64,000 nucleotides of DNA from Eubacteriales bacterium (GTDB taxonomy: Bacteria; Bacillota; Clostridia; Oscillospirales; Acutalibacteraceae): NCBI GenBank assembly GCA_029219885.1, contig JAQXUH010000054.1, positions 12,906 to 76,905 on the forward strand, in the 5' to 3' direction. The number at the start of each line of letters is the position of its first letter. Position 1 is the first letter of the stretch. Below the pieces are notes generated by a model. It was given only the letters and a program-made list of their open reading frames with translations, ran no database searches and had not been told where the DNA came from. Positions 21,311 to 32,850 of the stretch are shown piece after piece. A program made the position numbers and the translations under genes.

Positions 21311-21347
21311 AAAAGGACTGCCTCTTATGAGACAGTCCTGATTTTTT
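21311..21347. terminator. Bidirectional intrinsic terminator
   Basis: AGGACTGCCTC-TTAT-GAGACAGTCCT then ATTTTTT. Confidence 0.8.
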
Positions 21348-21365
21348 GTCAAATTATCAATTGAT

Positions 21366-22505
21366 TTATTTAACCTTAATAGCCTTTACCTTTGACCAGC
21401 CGCCGTAAATCTTTTCGCCGCTTCCTTGGTCAAGATAAGCACGAACTCTTACATAATAAGTTTTCTTGCTCTTAAGCTTGGAAATAGTCTTTGATGCGTT
21501 TTTCTTTCCTTTAACTACAACAGTTTTCTTGTTCTTCTTAAACTTTTTATCTGTTGCATACTGAATTTCATAACCTGAAGCATCAGTAATATCCTTTTTC
21601 CACTTAAGGGTCATCTTTTTACTCTTTGTGCTCTTAGCGTAAGTAACGGTTATAGCAGGATTATCCAAACCACTAACAGATTGATTACTTGAAGCTGTTA
21701 CAGCCGGATTAGATTTAAGAGTAACAGTAAATTTGTAATTGCCGTTTTTCTTTGGATAAAGCTTTCCGTTCTTTACTTTAGCAACACTTGATTTACTGCT
21801 CTTATATGTTACTTGGTCATTACTGATAGGAATATCATCAGAGCCACAGCCCTTAGGGCAATACAAATAAGAATTCAAGGTATAGTAACAACGTTTTTGA
21901 TTAATCTTACCTTCAAATTCAAGCTCTATGTTAGATACAAGAGTATTTACGCTTGCTGTTACATTGGTATCTGTAAAGTTGGTGTAAGGAGCAAAAGCAG
22001 GAAGTGATGAATACACAACATAAGCATATGATTCATCACCGCAGGTAAAAATACCTACGCCAACGCTGTTAGCATATGTATTATCGTAATAAGCGGCAGC
22101 ATATGTTACCTTGCTGATGCTTTGTGCGTCAACGACTGAATAAAAGCTATAATCAGTGCTGTATAAAGCACCGCCCATATAAGCCTGATAATATGATGTT
22201 ACAGGGTCACCGTTAGGAAGTGCGATATCGTCATAATCACGATAAATAAAGCCTTCCTTAGCTCTCTGTTTAGCAATTTCAGTAAGAGTACTGTCAAGAG
22301 TAAGTGGATTTAATCCTTTTGCCGCACGTTCATTATTGATGTAATAAAGAGCGTCGTCGATGTAAGAATTGTTTTCAATACCATTAAAATAAACAGTTGC
22401 ACATTGTGACTGGTCTGCCGCAAAAGCTGTACTTCCCACAGACATACATGTAACTGCCATTATCAAAGCTAAAAGCAGAGATAATGCTTTAGTCATTCTT
22501 TTCAT
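21366..22505 (-). CDS. Secreted CAP/SCP-like protein with Ig-like and Lys-rich FN3-like C-terminal domains
   Basis: Signal peptide (TAFA), INNERAAKGLNPL, VGVG, YKSSKSSVAKV, GYEIQYA...YYVRVRAY. Confidence 0.78.
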   Translation of the reverse strand: MKRMTKALSLLLALIMAVTCMSVGSTAFAADQSQCATVYFNGIENNSYIDDALYYINNERAAKGLNPLTLDSTLTEIAKQRAKEGFIYRDYDDIALPNGDPVTSYYQAYMGGALYSTDYSFYSVVDAQSISKVTYAAAYYDNTYANSVGVGIFTCGDESYAYVVYSSLPAFAPYTNFTDTNVTASVNTLVSNIELEFEGKINQKRCYYTLNSYLYCPKGCGSDDIPISNDQVTYKSSKSSVAKVKNGKLYPKKNGNYKFTVTLKSNPAVTASSNQSVSGLDNPAITVTYAKSTKSKKMTLKWKKDITDASGYEIQYATDKKFKKNKKTVVVKGKKNASKTISKLKSKKTYYVRVRAYLDQGSGEKIYGGWSKVKAIKVK

Positions 22506-22567
22506 GAAATTTCCTCCTAAAATACGTAAAACAAATCTGTAATTTTATAATAATATAATACTATACA

Positions 22568-22608
22568 ATTTGTCAATGAAAATAATGTCCGCCAGAAAGA
22601 GACGGACA
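22568..22608. repeat. 41-bp direct repeat, copy A (terminator plus TTGACA)
   Basis: ATTTGTCAATGAAAATAATGTCCGCCAGAAAGAGACGGACA; 38/41 identical to 24165-24205. Confidence 0.9.
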
Positions 22609-22616
22609 TTGTTAGT

Positions 22617-24017
22617 TTATTTTGTAGTAACAGTCTTTGAAGAACTCCACTTAGAATAAACAGCTTTGCCGTTTACAATTTTATATGCACGAACACGAAC
22701 ATAATACTTTTTTTTAGCCTTAAGCTTGTTTACTGTCTTAGAAGTTGTTTTAGAACTCTTTATGGTTGTGGTTTTTGTGCCTTTCTTAAACTTCTTGTCA
22801 GTAGAATACTGCACCTGATAGCCTTTTACGCCTGAAACCTTTTTCCAAGTTACTTTAAAAGACTTTTTGCCTTTTGTAACTTTAGAAATTTTCGGTGCAC
22901 TTACTGTAACCTTTTTACTTGTTTTAACGGTCTGTGTAGATGTTGCAGGTGCTGACGGAGTAACAGGTACAACAGGAGTTTCAGGTACTGTCGGTGTTAC
23001 AGGTACTACGGGTGTGACAACAAAAAATGCATCATAAGCACCGCATACTGAGCAATAGCCGTTGGTCATAAAATTATGACCTGTACTGTAAAGTCTCTCA
23101 ACAACATTCAACTTACCGCAACCGGAGCAAACGTATGCTGTGTAACCATCAGCAGTACAGGTTGCAGGAAAAACAGTATACACATAGTTGTGACCGTTAG
23201 GGAAACAAGGTGTGTTAATATCTATAAAATCAACATACCAATAGTTTGCACAAGCTTCAGCTGTAGAGCCTGCATACCCACAAATTTTAACATCATTTGA
23301 ATAAATACTATCAGCAATAACACATTGCGGGTTACGAAAAACTAACGTTTTAACTGTTTCCGGGAAAGAACAGAAACCTACATAAGATACACTTTGCGGA
23401 AATTCTAAATACGTAATTGATGTTTCGTCAAAAGCATAATCACCAACACTTGTTACAGTATTTGGAATTGTAAACTGTGAAAGTGAAGTACAAGAATAGA
23501 ATGTATATTCAGGAATTTCCTTAATCGCAAACTGAAAATCTACTGATTCAAGAGAAGTACAATCTTTAAATACATCTTTACCGAAAGAGATAATAGTTGA
23601 CGGTAAAGTTATACTTTTTAAATTTTTGCAACCATTAAACGCATAATTTCCGATATTTTTTACACCCTCATTAAGGTTAATAGTTTTGGCACTGCTAAAG
23701 CAAAAAGCATCTTCTGCGATTGTTTCAATGGTATTTGGCAATGTAATACTCTCAATAGTTTCTGCATTACCGAATGCAAAATCATCTATTTGTTTAACTA
23801 TCTTTCCTTCAACAGAGCTTGGAATAACAACATTCTGTTCAGTTCCATAATAACCATCTACCGAAACACTGCCATCGGGCTGTAATTCAAAGTACCAATC
23901 ACCGTCATCAGAGTATATCCAATCCGGCTCCCACTCTGCAAATGCAGTCACGCCCGTAACGCCTACTGATGTAACCAACATAATAAGCGAAAGAACAATA
24001 CTAATTACTTTTTTCAT
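22617..24017 (-). CDS. BspA-type LRR surface protein with Cys/His module, Pro/Val/Thr linker and Lys-rich FN3-like tail
   Basis: Signal peptide, LP..I..I...AF repeats, PATCTADGY..CSGCG..GH, YYVRVRAY. Confidence 0.85.
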   Translation of the reverse strand: MKKVISIVLSLIMLVTSVGVTGVTAFAEWEPDWIYSDDGDWYFELQPDGSVSVDGYYGTEQNVVIPSSVEGKIVKQIDDFAFGNAETIESITLPNTIETIAEDAFCFSSAKTINLNEGVKNIGNYAFNGCKNLKSITLPSTIISFGKDVFKDCTSLESVDFQFAIKEIPEYTFYSCTSLSQFTIPNTVTSVGDYAFDETSITYLEFPQSVSYVGFCSFPETVKTLVFRNPQCVIADSIYSNDVKICGYAGSTAEACANYWYVDFIDINTPCFPNGHNYVYTVFPATCTADGYTAYVCSGCGKLNVVERLYSTGHNFMTNGYCSVCGAYDAFFVVTPVVPVTPTVPETPVVPVTPSAPATSTQTVKTSKKVTVSAPKISKVTKGKKSFKVTWKKVSGVKGYQVQYSTDKKFKKGTKTTTIKSSKTTSKTVNKLKAKKKYYVRVRAYKIVNGKAVYSKWSSSKTVTTK

Positions 24018-24144
24018 AAAATTCCTCCAATAAAATATTATTTATATTCACTCACCTAAACCTCGGCAAGAAAACACCAACTTTTTATTGTATTAAAACT
24101 GATTGCAATAAATATGCCATTTAGTTTACACAACTCATATTTTT

Positions 24145-24173
24145 ATAATAACCTGTTTCAGGTTATTTGTCAA
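24145..24173 (-). promoter_or_regulatory. sigma-A-type promoter with a palindrome in its spacer
   Basis: TTGACA-17-TATTAT; AATAACCTG-TTT-CAGGTTATT at 24147-24167. Confidence 0.65.
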
Positions 24174-24205
24174 TAAAAATAATGTCCGCCAGCAAGTGAC
24201 GGACA
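24165..24205. repeat. 41-bp direct repeat, copy B (pyr operon terminator plus TTGACA)
   Basis: ATTTGTCAATAAAAATAATGTCCGCCAGCAAGTGACGGACA; minus-strand hairpin TGTCCGTCA/TGGCGGACA with T tail. Confidence 0.9.
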
Positions 24206-24210
24206 AAATA

Positions 24211-24630
24211 TTATTTAGTGCTTTCTGCTTTAGTTTCGCAATAAAGGCAACGGTATGTTCCCTCGTCATCTGTAAGAGTGAAAACGTGGTCGATATCTTC
24301 GTTATTACAGATACATCTTGGATTTGAGCATTTAATTACATTGGTTAAAGTCTTTGGCAGAGAAAGAGATTTTTTCTCAACCGACTTGCCGTTTTTGATA
24401 ATATTAACCGTAATATCCTTATCGATATAACAGAGAACATCAAGGTTGATATCTATCAAATCGTTGATTTTAATAATATCCTTTGCACCCATTTTATTAC
24501 TGCGTGCATTTTGAATAATTGCTACCTGGCAGGAAAGCTTTTCGAGGTGGAGAGTGTTATAAACATCCATACCCTTACCTGCTGTGATATGGTCAAAAAC
24601 TATACCGTTTTCAATTTCATCAATTTTCAT
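24211..24630 (-). CDS. pyrI: Aspartate carbamoyltransferase regulatory chain
   Basis: NGIVFDHI, KDIIKI, CSNPRC, CLYC; ATG overlaps the pyrB stop. Confidence 0.93.
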   Translation of the reverse strand: MKIDEIENGIVFDHITAGKGMDVYNTLHLEKLSCQVAIIQNARSNKMGAKDIIKINDLIDINLDVLCYIDKDITVNIIKNGKSVEKKSLSLPKTLTNVIKCSNPRCICNNEDIDHVFTLTDDEGTYRCLYCETKAESTK

Positions 24631-25553
24631 CAGATAGTACCTCCCCATTCAAGCAGAGTTTTTATAAGTGCCATTCTGATATATTTTCCGTTAAGTGCCT
24701 GAACGAAATATTTTGCTCTCGGGTCGTCGTCAACCTCGGGAGAAATTTCGTTAACTCTAGGAAGCGGATGCATAATTGTCAAATCAGCTTTAGCAGTTTT
24801 GAGCTTATCAAGGTCGAGAATAAAAGCGTCTTTATGCTTTAAATATTCATCCTCGGAGAAGAAACGCTCACGCTGAATTCTCGTCATATAGAGAATATCA
24901 AGGTCGCCCATAACCTCTTCCATAGTTTCAACCTCTGTGTATTCACAGCCACTTTTATCAAGAATATCAGTTTTGATATAATCAGGAACTGCAAGCTCTT
25001 TAGGTGAAATCAAAACAAACTTGACGTTATTATATCTGCACATTGCCTTTATGAGAGAATGAACAGTTCTACCGAATTTCAAATCTCCGCAAAGACCGAT
25101 TGTAAGATTGTCAAATGTGCCCTTTTCACGATAGATTGTGAGTAGGTCAGTTAATGTCTGCGTTGGGTGAGAATGACCGCCGTCGCCTGCATTTATAATA
25201 GGGACACCGCTTTTAAAGCTTGCTACTCTCGGAGCACCCTCGAGAGGATGACGCATAGCAATAATGTCTGCATAGCAGGAAACCATACGAACTGTATCTT
25301 CAACACTTTCGCCTTTAGCTGCGGAAGAAGAGCCTGCCTCGGAAAAGCCTAAAACGTTACCGCCAAGCTCCATCATAGCCGCCTCAAAGGAAAGTCTTGT
25401 TCTTGTTGACGGCTCAAAAAAAAGAGTAGCTAACTTTTTGCCGTCGCAGATATGTGCATACTTTTCCTTGTTATTTATTATGTCGATAGCTACTGCTATC
25501 ATATCGTCAATTTCCTGAAGTGAAAGGTCTGTTGTATCAAGTAAATGTCGCAT
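24630..25553 (-). CDS. pyrB: Aspartate carbamoyltransferase catalytic chain
   Basis: [20 protein letters not shown]. Confidence 0.97.
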   Translation of the reverse strand: MRHLLDTTDLSLQEIDDMIAVAIDIINNKEKYAHICDGKKLATLFFEPSTRTRLSFEAAMMELGGNVLGFSEAGSSSAAKGESVEDTVRMVSCYADIIAMRHPLEGAPRVASFKSGVPIINAGDGGHSHPTQTLTDLLTIYREKGTFDNLTIGLCGDLKFGRTVHSLIKAMCRYNNVKFVLISPKELAVPDYIKTDILDKSGCEYTEVETMEEVMGDLDILYMTRIQRERFFSEDEYLKHKDAFILDLDKLKTAKADLTIMHPLPRVNEISPEVDDDPRAKYFVQALNGKYIRMALIKTLLEWGGTI

Positions 25554-25567
25554 TACGCTGTCACTCC

Positions 25568-26224
25568 TTAGTCCTTTGCTCCGTTGATTTCAAGGTATTT
25601 CTTAATACGCTCAACATTTTCAGCGTTTTTCTCGTCTTCTTCAAGATATTCGATAATGTCGTAAACATCAACTACTGAATATACAGGGAAACCGAATTCT
25701 TCTCCGACTTCAGCCATAGCAGATTTTTCAGTTTTGCCCTTTTCCTTACGGTCAACCATTACAAAAACGGCAGAAACCTTTGTACCCTCAAGCTTAGAGA
25801 GAATCGACATACTTTCTCTGATAGCTGTACCTGCGGTAATAACATCCTCGGTGATAACGATTTCGTCGCCTGCTTGAGGAGTATAGCCTACAAACACACC
25901 GCCTTCACCGTGGTCCTTTTCCTCTTTTCTGTTAAAGAAGAAAGGTACGTCAAGACCATTCTTTGCAAGTGCAACTGCAACTGAAACGGAAATCGGGATA
26001 CCTTTATAAGCAGGTCCGAAAAGGACTGCCTTTTTCTTTCCGAGCTTTTCAAAATACGCTTTAGCATAAAATTCACCAAGCTTTTGAATCTGCTCACCTG
26101 TTTTAATATCACCTGCGTTAATGAAATACGGAATCTTTCTGCCGCTTTTAGCAGTAAAATCGCCAAATTTTAAAACGCCTGCATTCTCTAAAAATTCAAT
26201 AAATTCTCTTTTGTAGCTTTCCAT
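25568..26224 (-). CDS. pyrE: Orotate phosphoribosyltransferase
   Basis: [37 protein letters not shown]; start MESYK after AGGAG. Confidence 0.95.
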   Translation of the reverse strand: MESYKREFIEFLENAGVLKFGDFTAKSGRKIPYFINAGDIKTGEQIQKLGEFYAKAYFEKLGKKKAVLFGPAYKGIPISVSVAVALAKNGLDVPFFFNRKEEKDHGEGGVFVGYTPQAGDEIVITEDVITAGTAIRESMSILSKLEGTKVSAVFVMVDRKEKGKTEKSAMAEVGEEFGFPVYSVVDVYDIIEYLEEDEKNAENVERIKKYLEINGAKD

Positions 26225-26234
26225 TTTTATCTCC

Positions 26235-26933
26235 TTATCCAACAAATTCCTCAACGCATCTTCTGTATGCTGCAACAGGGTCTTCGGCAGCGGTGATAGG
26301 TCTGCCCACAACAATATAGTCAGAGCCGATTTCCTTAGCCTTAGCAGGAGTAGTAACTCTTACCTGGTCGCCAACCTCGCCGTCAGCAAAACGAACACCC
26401 GGAGTAACAGTCATAAATGATGAACCGCAGGCATCCTTAACCATTCCTGCCTCAAGAGGTGAACAAACTACGCCGTCAAGTCCTGCTTCCTTTGCATTTT
26501 TAGCATACTTAACGATTGTATCATTAATAGATGAATTAATGAGAAGCTCGTTCTGCATTCTTTCTTCACTTGTTGAAGTAAGCTGAGTAACTGCGATAAG
26601 CAGCGGTCTTGTACCGTCTTCTCTTGTAAGTCCCTCAACGGCAGCTTTCATCATATCAATTGTTCCCGCAGCGTGAAGATTAGTCATATCAACATCAAGC
26701 TTTGAAAGAACAGCCATTGATTTTTTTACTGTATTAGGAATATCGTGAAGCTTAAGGTCAAGGAAAATCTTGTGACCTCTCTTCTTAATTTCCTTAACTA
26801 TTGACGGACCCTCTGCATAGTAGAGCTCCATACCGATTTTAACGAAAGGCTTTTCCTCTGTAAACTTATCGAGGAAAGCAAAAGTAGCTTCAGCCGATGA
26901 AAAGTCACAGGCTATAATTACGTCCTTACCCAT
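26235..26933 (-). CDS. pyrF: Orotidine-5'-phosphate decarboxylase
   Basis: [27 protein letters not shown]. Confidence 0.97.
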   Translation of the reverse strand: MGKDVIIACDFSSAEATFAFLDKFTEEKPFVKIGMELYYAEGPSIVKEIKKRGHKIFLDLKLHDIPNTVKKSMAVLSKLDVDMTNLHAAGTIDMMKAAVEGLTREDGTRPLLIAVTQLTSTSEERMQNELLINSSINDTIVKYAKNAKEAGLDGVVCSPLEAGMVKDACGSSFMTVTPGVRFADGEVGDQVRVTTPAKAKEIGSDYIVVGRPITAAEDPVAAYRRCVEEFVG

Positions 26934-27844
26934 TAATCAATCACTCCTATAATATCACTTAATTTATCTATACCGAGGCTTTCACATACCTTTGGAAGCT
27001 CCTCGATTATATCCTTGCAGGCATAAGGATTTACAAGATTTGCAGCCCCTACCTGAACGGCAGTTGCACCTGCCATCATCATTTCGATTACATTTTCAGC
27101 AGTAGAAACACCACCGCAGCCCATAACAGGAATATTGCAGGCTTTCGCCACCTGATACACCATTCTGACTGCAACAGGAAAAATTGCATCACCGCTGAAA
27201 CCGCCCATTTTATTTGCAATAACAGGCTTACGTCTTTTTATGTCAACACGCATACCAAGCATTGTATTGATAAGGCAAATTCCGTCTGCACCGGCCTCTT
27301 CACAGGCTTTAGCGATAGAAACTATATCAGTTACATTAGGTGAAAGCTTAATAAATACAGGCTTTGTAGTTACAGCTTTAACAGCTTTAGTAACCTCTGC
27401 GGCACATTCAGGAGAAGTACCAAAACTCATACCGCCGCCGTGAACATTCGGACAGGAAACATTAACCTCTAAGATGCCAACCTGTTCTTCTTTATCTAAA
27501 AGCTGACAGGTATAAGCATAGTCCTCAACAGAAAAGCCCGAAACATTAGCAATAACTTTTTTATGGAAATATTCTTTCATTTCAGGCAGTTCGTGCTCTA
27601 TTACGTGCTCCACTCCCGGATTCTGAAGTCCCACAGCATTAATCATACCCGAAGTACATTCAGCAATTCTCGGAGTAGTATTACCGAAACGAGCGTCTTT
27701 TGTTGTACCCTTAAAAGAAAAGGAGCCTAAAATGTTAATATCGTAAAAATCTTTAAATTCCTTACCGAAACCGAAAGTGCCTGACGCAGGAACAATAGGA
27801 TTATCCATTTCCATTCCGGCAAGATTTACAGACAAATCTACCAT
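26933..27844 (-). CDS. pyrD: Dihydroorotate dehydrogenase 1B catalytic subunit
   Basis: [27 protein letters not shown]. Confidence 0.95.
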   Translation of the reverse strand: MVDLSVNLAGMEMDNPIVPASGTFGFGKEFKDFYDINILGSFSFKGTTKDARFGNTTPRIAECTSGMINAVGLQNPGVEHVIEHELPEMKEYFHKKVIANVSGFSVEDYAYTCQLLDKEEQVGILEVNVSCPNVHGGGMSFGTSPECAAEVTKAVKAVTTKPVFIKLSPNVTDIVSIAKACEEAGADGICLINTMLGMRVDIKRRKPVIANKMGGFSGDAIFPVAVRMVYQVAKACNIPVMGCGGVSTAENVIEMMMAGATAVQVGAANLVNPYACKDIIEELPKVCESLGIDKLSDIIGVID

Positions 27845-28566
27845 ATTATCTCCTCCTTAACAAGCACAGGGCCGTCCTTGCAGATACGCTTACTTCCGTA
27901 TTTTGTTTTACAGGAGCATCCCATACAAGCACCGAAACCACAGCCCATTCTCTCCTCAAAAGAAAACTGACCTGATGTAGTTGTTTTATCGTAAACAGCC
28001 TTAAACATAGGAAGCGGACCGCAGGTATAAAAGTAGTCGTAATCTTCAATAAAAGCGTCTGTAACAAAGCCCTTTACGCCGTATGAGCCGTCGGCAGTTG
28101 CAACGATTACATCAGCACCGAGAGCCTTAAATTCATCCTCATAGAAGATTTCGTCTTTAGTGTTAAAGCCTAAAATGACAGTAACCTTTTGTCCGTCTTC
28201 GATTAGTTTTTTTGCAAGCATATACATTGGCGGAACACCTACACCGCCGCCGATAAGCATAGGCTTTTCAGACTTTGAAATATCGTAGCCGTTACCGAGG
28301 CCTGTTAAAATGTCAAGGCTCTCCCCTGCCGTCATCTTTGCCATTTGGTCTGTTCCCTCGCCTACAACCTTATAGATAATAGTAATCGTATTATCGTCGC
28401 AGTCGCATACTGAAATCGGACGGCGGAGGAATTTACCCTCAAGCTTAATATTTACAAACTGACCTGGAGCGGTGATATACTGAGTATCACCCTCCAAAAT
28501 CATTTTATATACATCTTTTGCAATTTTTTCATTCAAAAGAATTTTATATACGTTTTCTTTATACAT
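27838..28566 (-). CDS. pyrK: Dihydroorotate dehydrogenase electron-transfer subunit
   Basis: LRRPIS, GGGVG, EERMGCGFGACMGC..C. Confidence 0.95.
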   Translation of the reverse strand: MYKENVYKILLNEKIAKDVYKMILEGDTQYITAPGQFVNIKLEGKFLRRPISVCDCDDNTITIIYKVVGEGTDQMAKMTAGESLDILTGLGNGYDISKSEKPMLIGGGVGVPPMYMLAKKLIEDGQKVTVILGFNTKDEIFYEDEFKALGADVIVATADGSYGVKGFVTDAFIEDYDYFYTCGPLPMFKAVYDKTTTSGQFSFEERMGCGFGACMGCSCKTKYGSKRICKDGPVLVKEEIIW

Positions 28567-28574
28567 AATACACC

Positions 28575-31500
28575 TTATTCAGCGTCAATAGTTGACACAC
28601 CGAGAGTTATTTCCTCAAGAACATCAAGAAGAACCTTAACTGTATCAAGAGATGTAAACATAGTTACATTGTTTTCAACAGCAGCACGCCTGATTTCTGA
28701 GCCGTCGGAATGAGAGTCACCTGCGTTGATATCAATAGTATTGATAACATATGCAATATGTCCCTGACGGAGAGCCTTGAGAATTTCATCGCTGTCATCA
28801 ACAGTGAGCTTCTGTCTTACTCTTGTACGGATACCATGTGACTTGAGATACTTTGCAGTACCTTCTGTAGCCTCGATATTAAAGCCTAAATCGTAGAAAC
28901 GCTTGATAAGCGGAAGAGCTGCAGGCTTATCCTGGTCAGCAATAGTTACAAGAACTGTACCATAGTTTGCAACATTCATTCCCGATGCCTGAATAGCTTT
29001 ATAAAGTGCTCTTGTCAAAGATTTATCATAGCCGATTGCCTCGCCTGTTGACTTCATTTCAGGCGAAAGATAAGTATCCATACCCTTGAGCTTTGAGAAT
29101 GAGAATGCAGGTGCTTTAACATACCAACGCTTTTTCTCCTCAGGATAAACCTCTGTAATTCCCTGCTCCTTAAGTGAATGTCCGAGAATTACCTGTGTAG
29201 CGATATGAGCCATAGGAACTGAGGTTGCTTTTGAAAGGAACGGAACTGTTCTTGATGACCTCGGGTTAACCTCGATAACAAAAACATCATCGTTTTCATC
29301 AGCGATAAACTGAATGTTATAAAGTCCCACAATACCGATAGCCTTGCCGAGCTTTACTGTATAGTCGATAATCTTATCCTTAACCTGCTGTGATGCTGTA
29401 AATGTAGGATAGATTGAAATTGAGTCGCCTGAGTGAACGCCCGTTCTTTCAACGTGCTCCATAATACCCGGAATAAATACGTTCTCGCCGTCGCAGATAG
29501 CATCAACTTCAAGCTCACGGCCCATAATGTACTTATCAACGAGTACCGGCTGTTCAGTATTGATTTCAACGGCAGTCTGGAGATAGTGGCGTAATGATTC
29601 CTCGTTGGCAACAATCTGCATTGCACGTCCGCCGAGAACAAATGAAGGTCTTACAAGCACAGGATAACCAATCTCTGCTGCAACCTTGACGCCCTCTTCA
29701 ATATTTGTAACTGCAAGTCCCTTAGGCTGCGGAATGCCCAGCTGTTCCATAACCTTTTCAAAGCTGTCTCTGTTTTCTGCTCTGTCGATAGCTTCAACAT
29801 CAGTACCGATAATCGGAACACCGAGAGCATCAAGAGGAGGTGCAAGGTTAATTGCAGTCTGTCCGCCGAGAGATACAACGATGCCCTCAGGATTTTCAAG
29901 GCAGATTACATTCATTACGTCCTCAACAGTCAGCGGCTCAAAGTAAAGCTTGTCCGAGGTGGTGTAGTCTGTTGATACAGTTTCAGGGTTGTTATTGATG
30001 ATAATTGCCTCGTAGCCTGCTTCTCTGATTGACCAAATAGCGTGAACTGTTGAATAGTCAAATTCTACACCTTGACCGATACGGATAGGACCAGAGCCGA
30101 GAACAACAATCTTCTTTCTGTCGGAAACGATTGATTCGTTTTCTTCTTCATAAGTTGAGTAGAAATACGGAACATATGAATCAAACTCGGATGCACAAGT
30201 ATCAATCATCTTATATACAGGGAAAATGTTATTGGCTTTTCTGAGTTTAAATACATCAGCCTCGCTCATTCTCCATACCATACCGATGAATTTATCGGAA
30301 ACGCCCATTTTCTTCGCGTCTTTAAGGGTTTGAATGTCGCCAACATTCTCAGCGAGAGGAGTTTCAAAATCAACAATGTTCTTAATCTTCTCAAGAAAGA
30401 ACATATCAATCTTAGTTGCGTTATAAATTCTGATTAAATCGCAGTTAAGCCTGATAAGCTGAGCAATAGCGAACAGTCTGTCATCAGTACCGTCCTTGAT
30501 ATATTCAATAAGCTCATCTTCTGTATAGGTGTCAAACTTCTTGCTGTAAAGATGACATACACCTGTTTCAAGAGAACGTACTGCTTTAAGCAAGCTTTCC
30601 TCCATAGTTCTGCCGATAGCCATAACCTCACCGGTAGCTTTCATCTGCGTATTAAGTGTGTTATTAGCGTCAGCAAATTTATCAAACGGAAATCTTGCGA
30701 TTTTAGTAACTACATAGTCGAGAGTCGGCTCAAATGATGCAGGAGTGTTAGCAATAGGAATTTCGTCAAGGTGCATACCTACAGAAATTTTAGCAGACAC
30801 TCTTGCGATTGGATAGCCTGATGCCTTTGACGCAAGAGCTGATGAACGCGAAACTCTTGGATTAACCTCAATAAGATAATACTGGAATGAATGAGGGTCA
30901 AGGGCAAACTGAACATTACATCCGCCCTCAATTTTAAGCTCTCTGATAATCTTAAGTGCAGAGTCACGAAGCATATGATACTCTTTGTTGGTAAGTGTCT
31001 GTGACGGAGCAACTACTACGGAGTCGCCTGTATGAACACCCACAGGGTCAATATTTTCCATATTACAGATAGTAATAGCGGTATCGTTTGCATCACGCAT
31101 TACTTCGTATTCAATTTCCTTATAACCTTTAATACTCTTCTCGACAAGAACCTGATGAACAGGAGAAAGTGCAAGTGCGTTTTTCATCATCAGCACAAAT
31201 TCTTCCTCGTCATCTGCAAAGCCGCCGCCTGTACCACCAAGGGTAAATGCAGGACGAAGAACAACAGGAAATCCGATTCTTCTTGCAGCTTCAAGACCGT
31301 CATCAAGAGATTCAGCAATTTCAGATGGGAGAACAGGCTCACCGAGGCTTTCGCAAAGCTCCTTGAAAAGCTCTCTGTCCTCTGCTCTTTCGATTGCTTC
31401 AAAGTTAGTGCCGAGAATTTCAACATCACATTCATCCAAGACACCTTTTTTAGCAAGCTGAACAGCAAGGTTAAGTCCTGTCTGTCCGCCAAGTGACGGA

Positions 31501-31760
31501 AGAATTGCGTCAGGTCTTTCGTGACGGATAATTCTTGCAACATATTCAAGATTAAGAGGCTCCATATAAACCTTATCGGCTATATCTGTATCGGTCATAA
31601 TGGTTGCAGGGTTTGAGTTAATGAGAACTACCTCATAGCCCTCTTCACGAAGTGCAAGACAAGCCTGTGTACCTGAGTAGTCAAATTCAGCAGCCTGTCC
31701 GATTACAATAGGACCTGAGCCTATAACAAGTATTTTATGTATATCTGTTCTTTTAGGCAT
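28575..31760 (-). CDS. carB: Carbamoyl-phosphate synthase large subunit
   Basis: [16 protein letters not shown], duplicated ATP-grasp halves, EVNPR. Confidence 0.98.
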   Translation of the reverse strand: MPKRTDIHKILVIGSGPIVIGQAAEFDYSGTQACLALREEGYEVVLINSNPATIMTDTDIADKVYMEPLNLEYVARIIRHERPDAILPSLGGQTGLNLAVQLAKKGVLDECDVEILGTNFEAIERAEDRELFKELCESLGEPVLPSEIAESLDDGLEAARRIGFPVVLRPAFTLGGTGGGFADDEEEFVLMMKNALALSPVHQVLVEKSIKGYKEIEYEVMRDANDTAITICNMENIDPVGVHTGDSVVVAPSQTLTNKEYHMLRDSALKIIRELKIEGGCNVQFALDPHSFQYYLIEVNPRVSRSSALASKASGYPIARVSAKISVGMHLDEIPIANTPASFEPTLDYVVTKIARFPFDKFADANNTLNTQMKATGEVMAIGRTMEESLLKAVRSLETGVCHLYSKKFDTYTEDELIEYIKDGTDDRLFAIAQLIRLNCDLIRIYNATKIDMFFLEKIKNIVDFETPLAENVGDIQTLKDAKKMGVSDKFIGMVWRMSEADVFKLRKANNIFPVYKMIDTCASEFDSYVPYFYSTYEEENESIVSDRKKIVVLGSGPIRIGQGVEFDYSTVHAIWSIREAGYEAIIINNNPETVSTDYTTSDKLYFEPLTVEDVMNVICLENPEGIVVSLGGQTAINLAPPLDALGVPIIGTDVEAIDRAENRDSFEKVMEQLGIPQPKGLAVTNIEEGVKVAAEIGYPVLVRPSFVLGGRAMQIVANEESLRHYLQTAVEINTEQPVLVDKYIMGRELEVDAICDGENVFIPGIMEHVERTGVHSGDSISIYPTFTASQQVKDKIIDYTVKLGKAIGIVGLYNIQFIADENDDVFVIEVNPRSSRTVPFLSKATSVPMAHIATQVILGHSLKEQGITEVYPEEKKRWYVKAPAFSFSKLKGMDTYLSPEMKSTGEAIGYDKSLTRALYKAIQASGMNVANYGTVLVTIADQDKPAALPLIKRFYDLGFNIEATEGTAKYLKSHGIRTRVRQKLTVDDSDEILKALRQGHIAYVINTIDINAGDSHSDGSEIRRAAVENNVTMFTSLDTVKVLLDVLEEITLGVSTIDAE

Positions 31761-32850
31761 TGACCTCAGCCTCCTTTTCCATCAAATCAATAAACTCGTC
31801 AAAGAGATATGCACTGTCCTGAGGACCCGGTGCACTTTCAGGATGATACTGTACTGAAAACAGCTTATTTTCAACTGATTTAACACCCTCTGCGGTGTCA
31901 TCAAGAAGATTTTTATGTGTCAGAGTAAGCTCAGTATTTTCAAGAGAATTTACATCAACAGCGTATGAATGGTTCTGTGAAGTAATTTCAATCTTGCCTG
32001 TATCAAGATTCATTACAGGATGGTTACCGCCTCTGTGACCGAATTTCATTTTAAACGTTTTTGCACCAAGAGCAAGAGAAATCATCTGATGACCAAGACA
32101 AATACCGAAGATTGGAAGCTTGCCCTTAAGCTCCTTAACAACGTTGATTACTGTCTGCACATCCTCAGGATTTCCGGGACCGTTTGAAAGGAAAAGGCCG
32201 TCTGGTCGCATTTTAAGGATTTCATCAGCAGTAATGTCATACGGAACAACTGTAACATTACAGCCCTTTTCGTTAAGCTTTCTGATGATATTGTGTTTGA
32301 TACCGCAGTCAATAGCAACTACATCATACTTATGGTTAGGAGTACGGGAGTACCAACGCTTTTTACAGCTTACACGTGATACCATATCGGTAGGAATAAC
32401 ATATTCCTGAACTTTCTTGAGAGCCTCCTCATATGGCACATCAGCGTCGCAGATAATAACTTTCTGTGAGCCCTCGTCACGGATAATTCTTGTAATCATT
32501 CTTGTATCAACACCGCTGATACCAGGAATGTTATACTCGTCAAGAACCTCGGAAAGTGTCTTAGTATATCTGAAGTTAGACGGCAAATCGTTATATTCTC
32601 TTACAATCAAACCGCCCATAGTAGGCACTTTGGTTTCATAGTCCTCATCGGTCATACCATAGTTACCGATAAGAGGATATGTCATACACACCATTTGGTC
32701 GGTATAACTCGGGTCGGAAATAATTTCCTGATAACCTACCATAGAGGTATTAAAAACAATTTCGTTAATAGCTTCCTTGTCGGCACCGAATCCGTAGCCG
32801 TAAAATTCCTTGCCGTTTTCAAGAACGATTTTCTTGTTATAAGGCTTCAT
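31753..32850 (-). CDS. carA: Carbamoyl-phosphate synthase small subunit
   Basis: [29 protein letters not shown]. Confidence 0.97.
   Translation of the reverse strand: MKPYNKKIVLENGKEFYGYGFGADKEAINEIVFNTSMVGYQEIISDPSYTDQMVCMTYPLIGNYGMTDEDYETKVPTMGGLIVREYNDLPSNFRYTKTLSEVLDEYNIPGISGVDTRMITRIIRDEGSQKVIICDADVPYEEALKKVQEYVIPTDMVSRVSCKKRWYSRTPNHKYDVVAIDCGIKHNIIRKLNEKGCNVTVVPYDITADEILKMRPDGLFLSNGPGNPEDVQTVINVVKELKGKLPIFGICLGHQMISLALGAKTFKMKFGHRGGNHPVMNLDTGKIEITSQNHSYAVDVNSLENTELTLTHKNLLDDTAEGVKSVENKLFSVQYHPESAPGPQDSAYLFDEFIDLMEKEAEVNA

Noticed and set aside
22708-22715. T8 run in the LRR gene as a phase-variation tract
   Set aside because: It encodes a Lys run in an intact frame near the C-terminus; expected at this AT content
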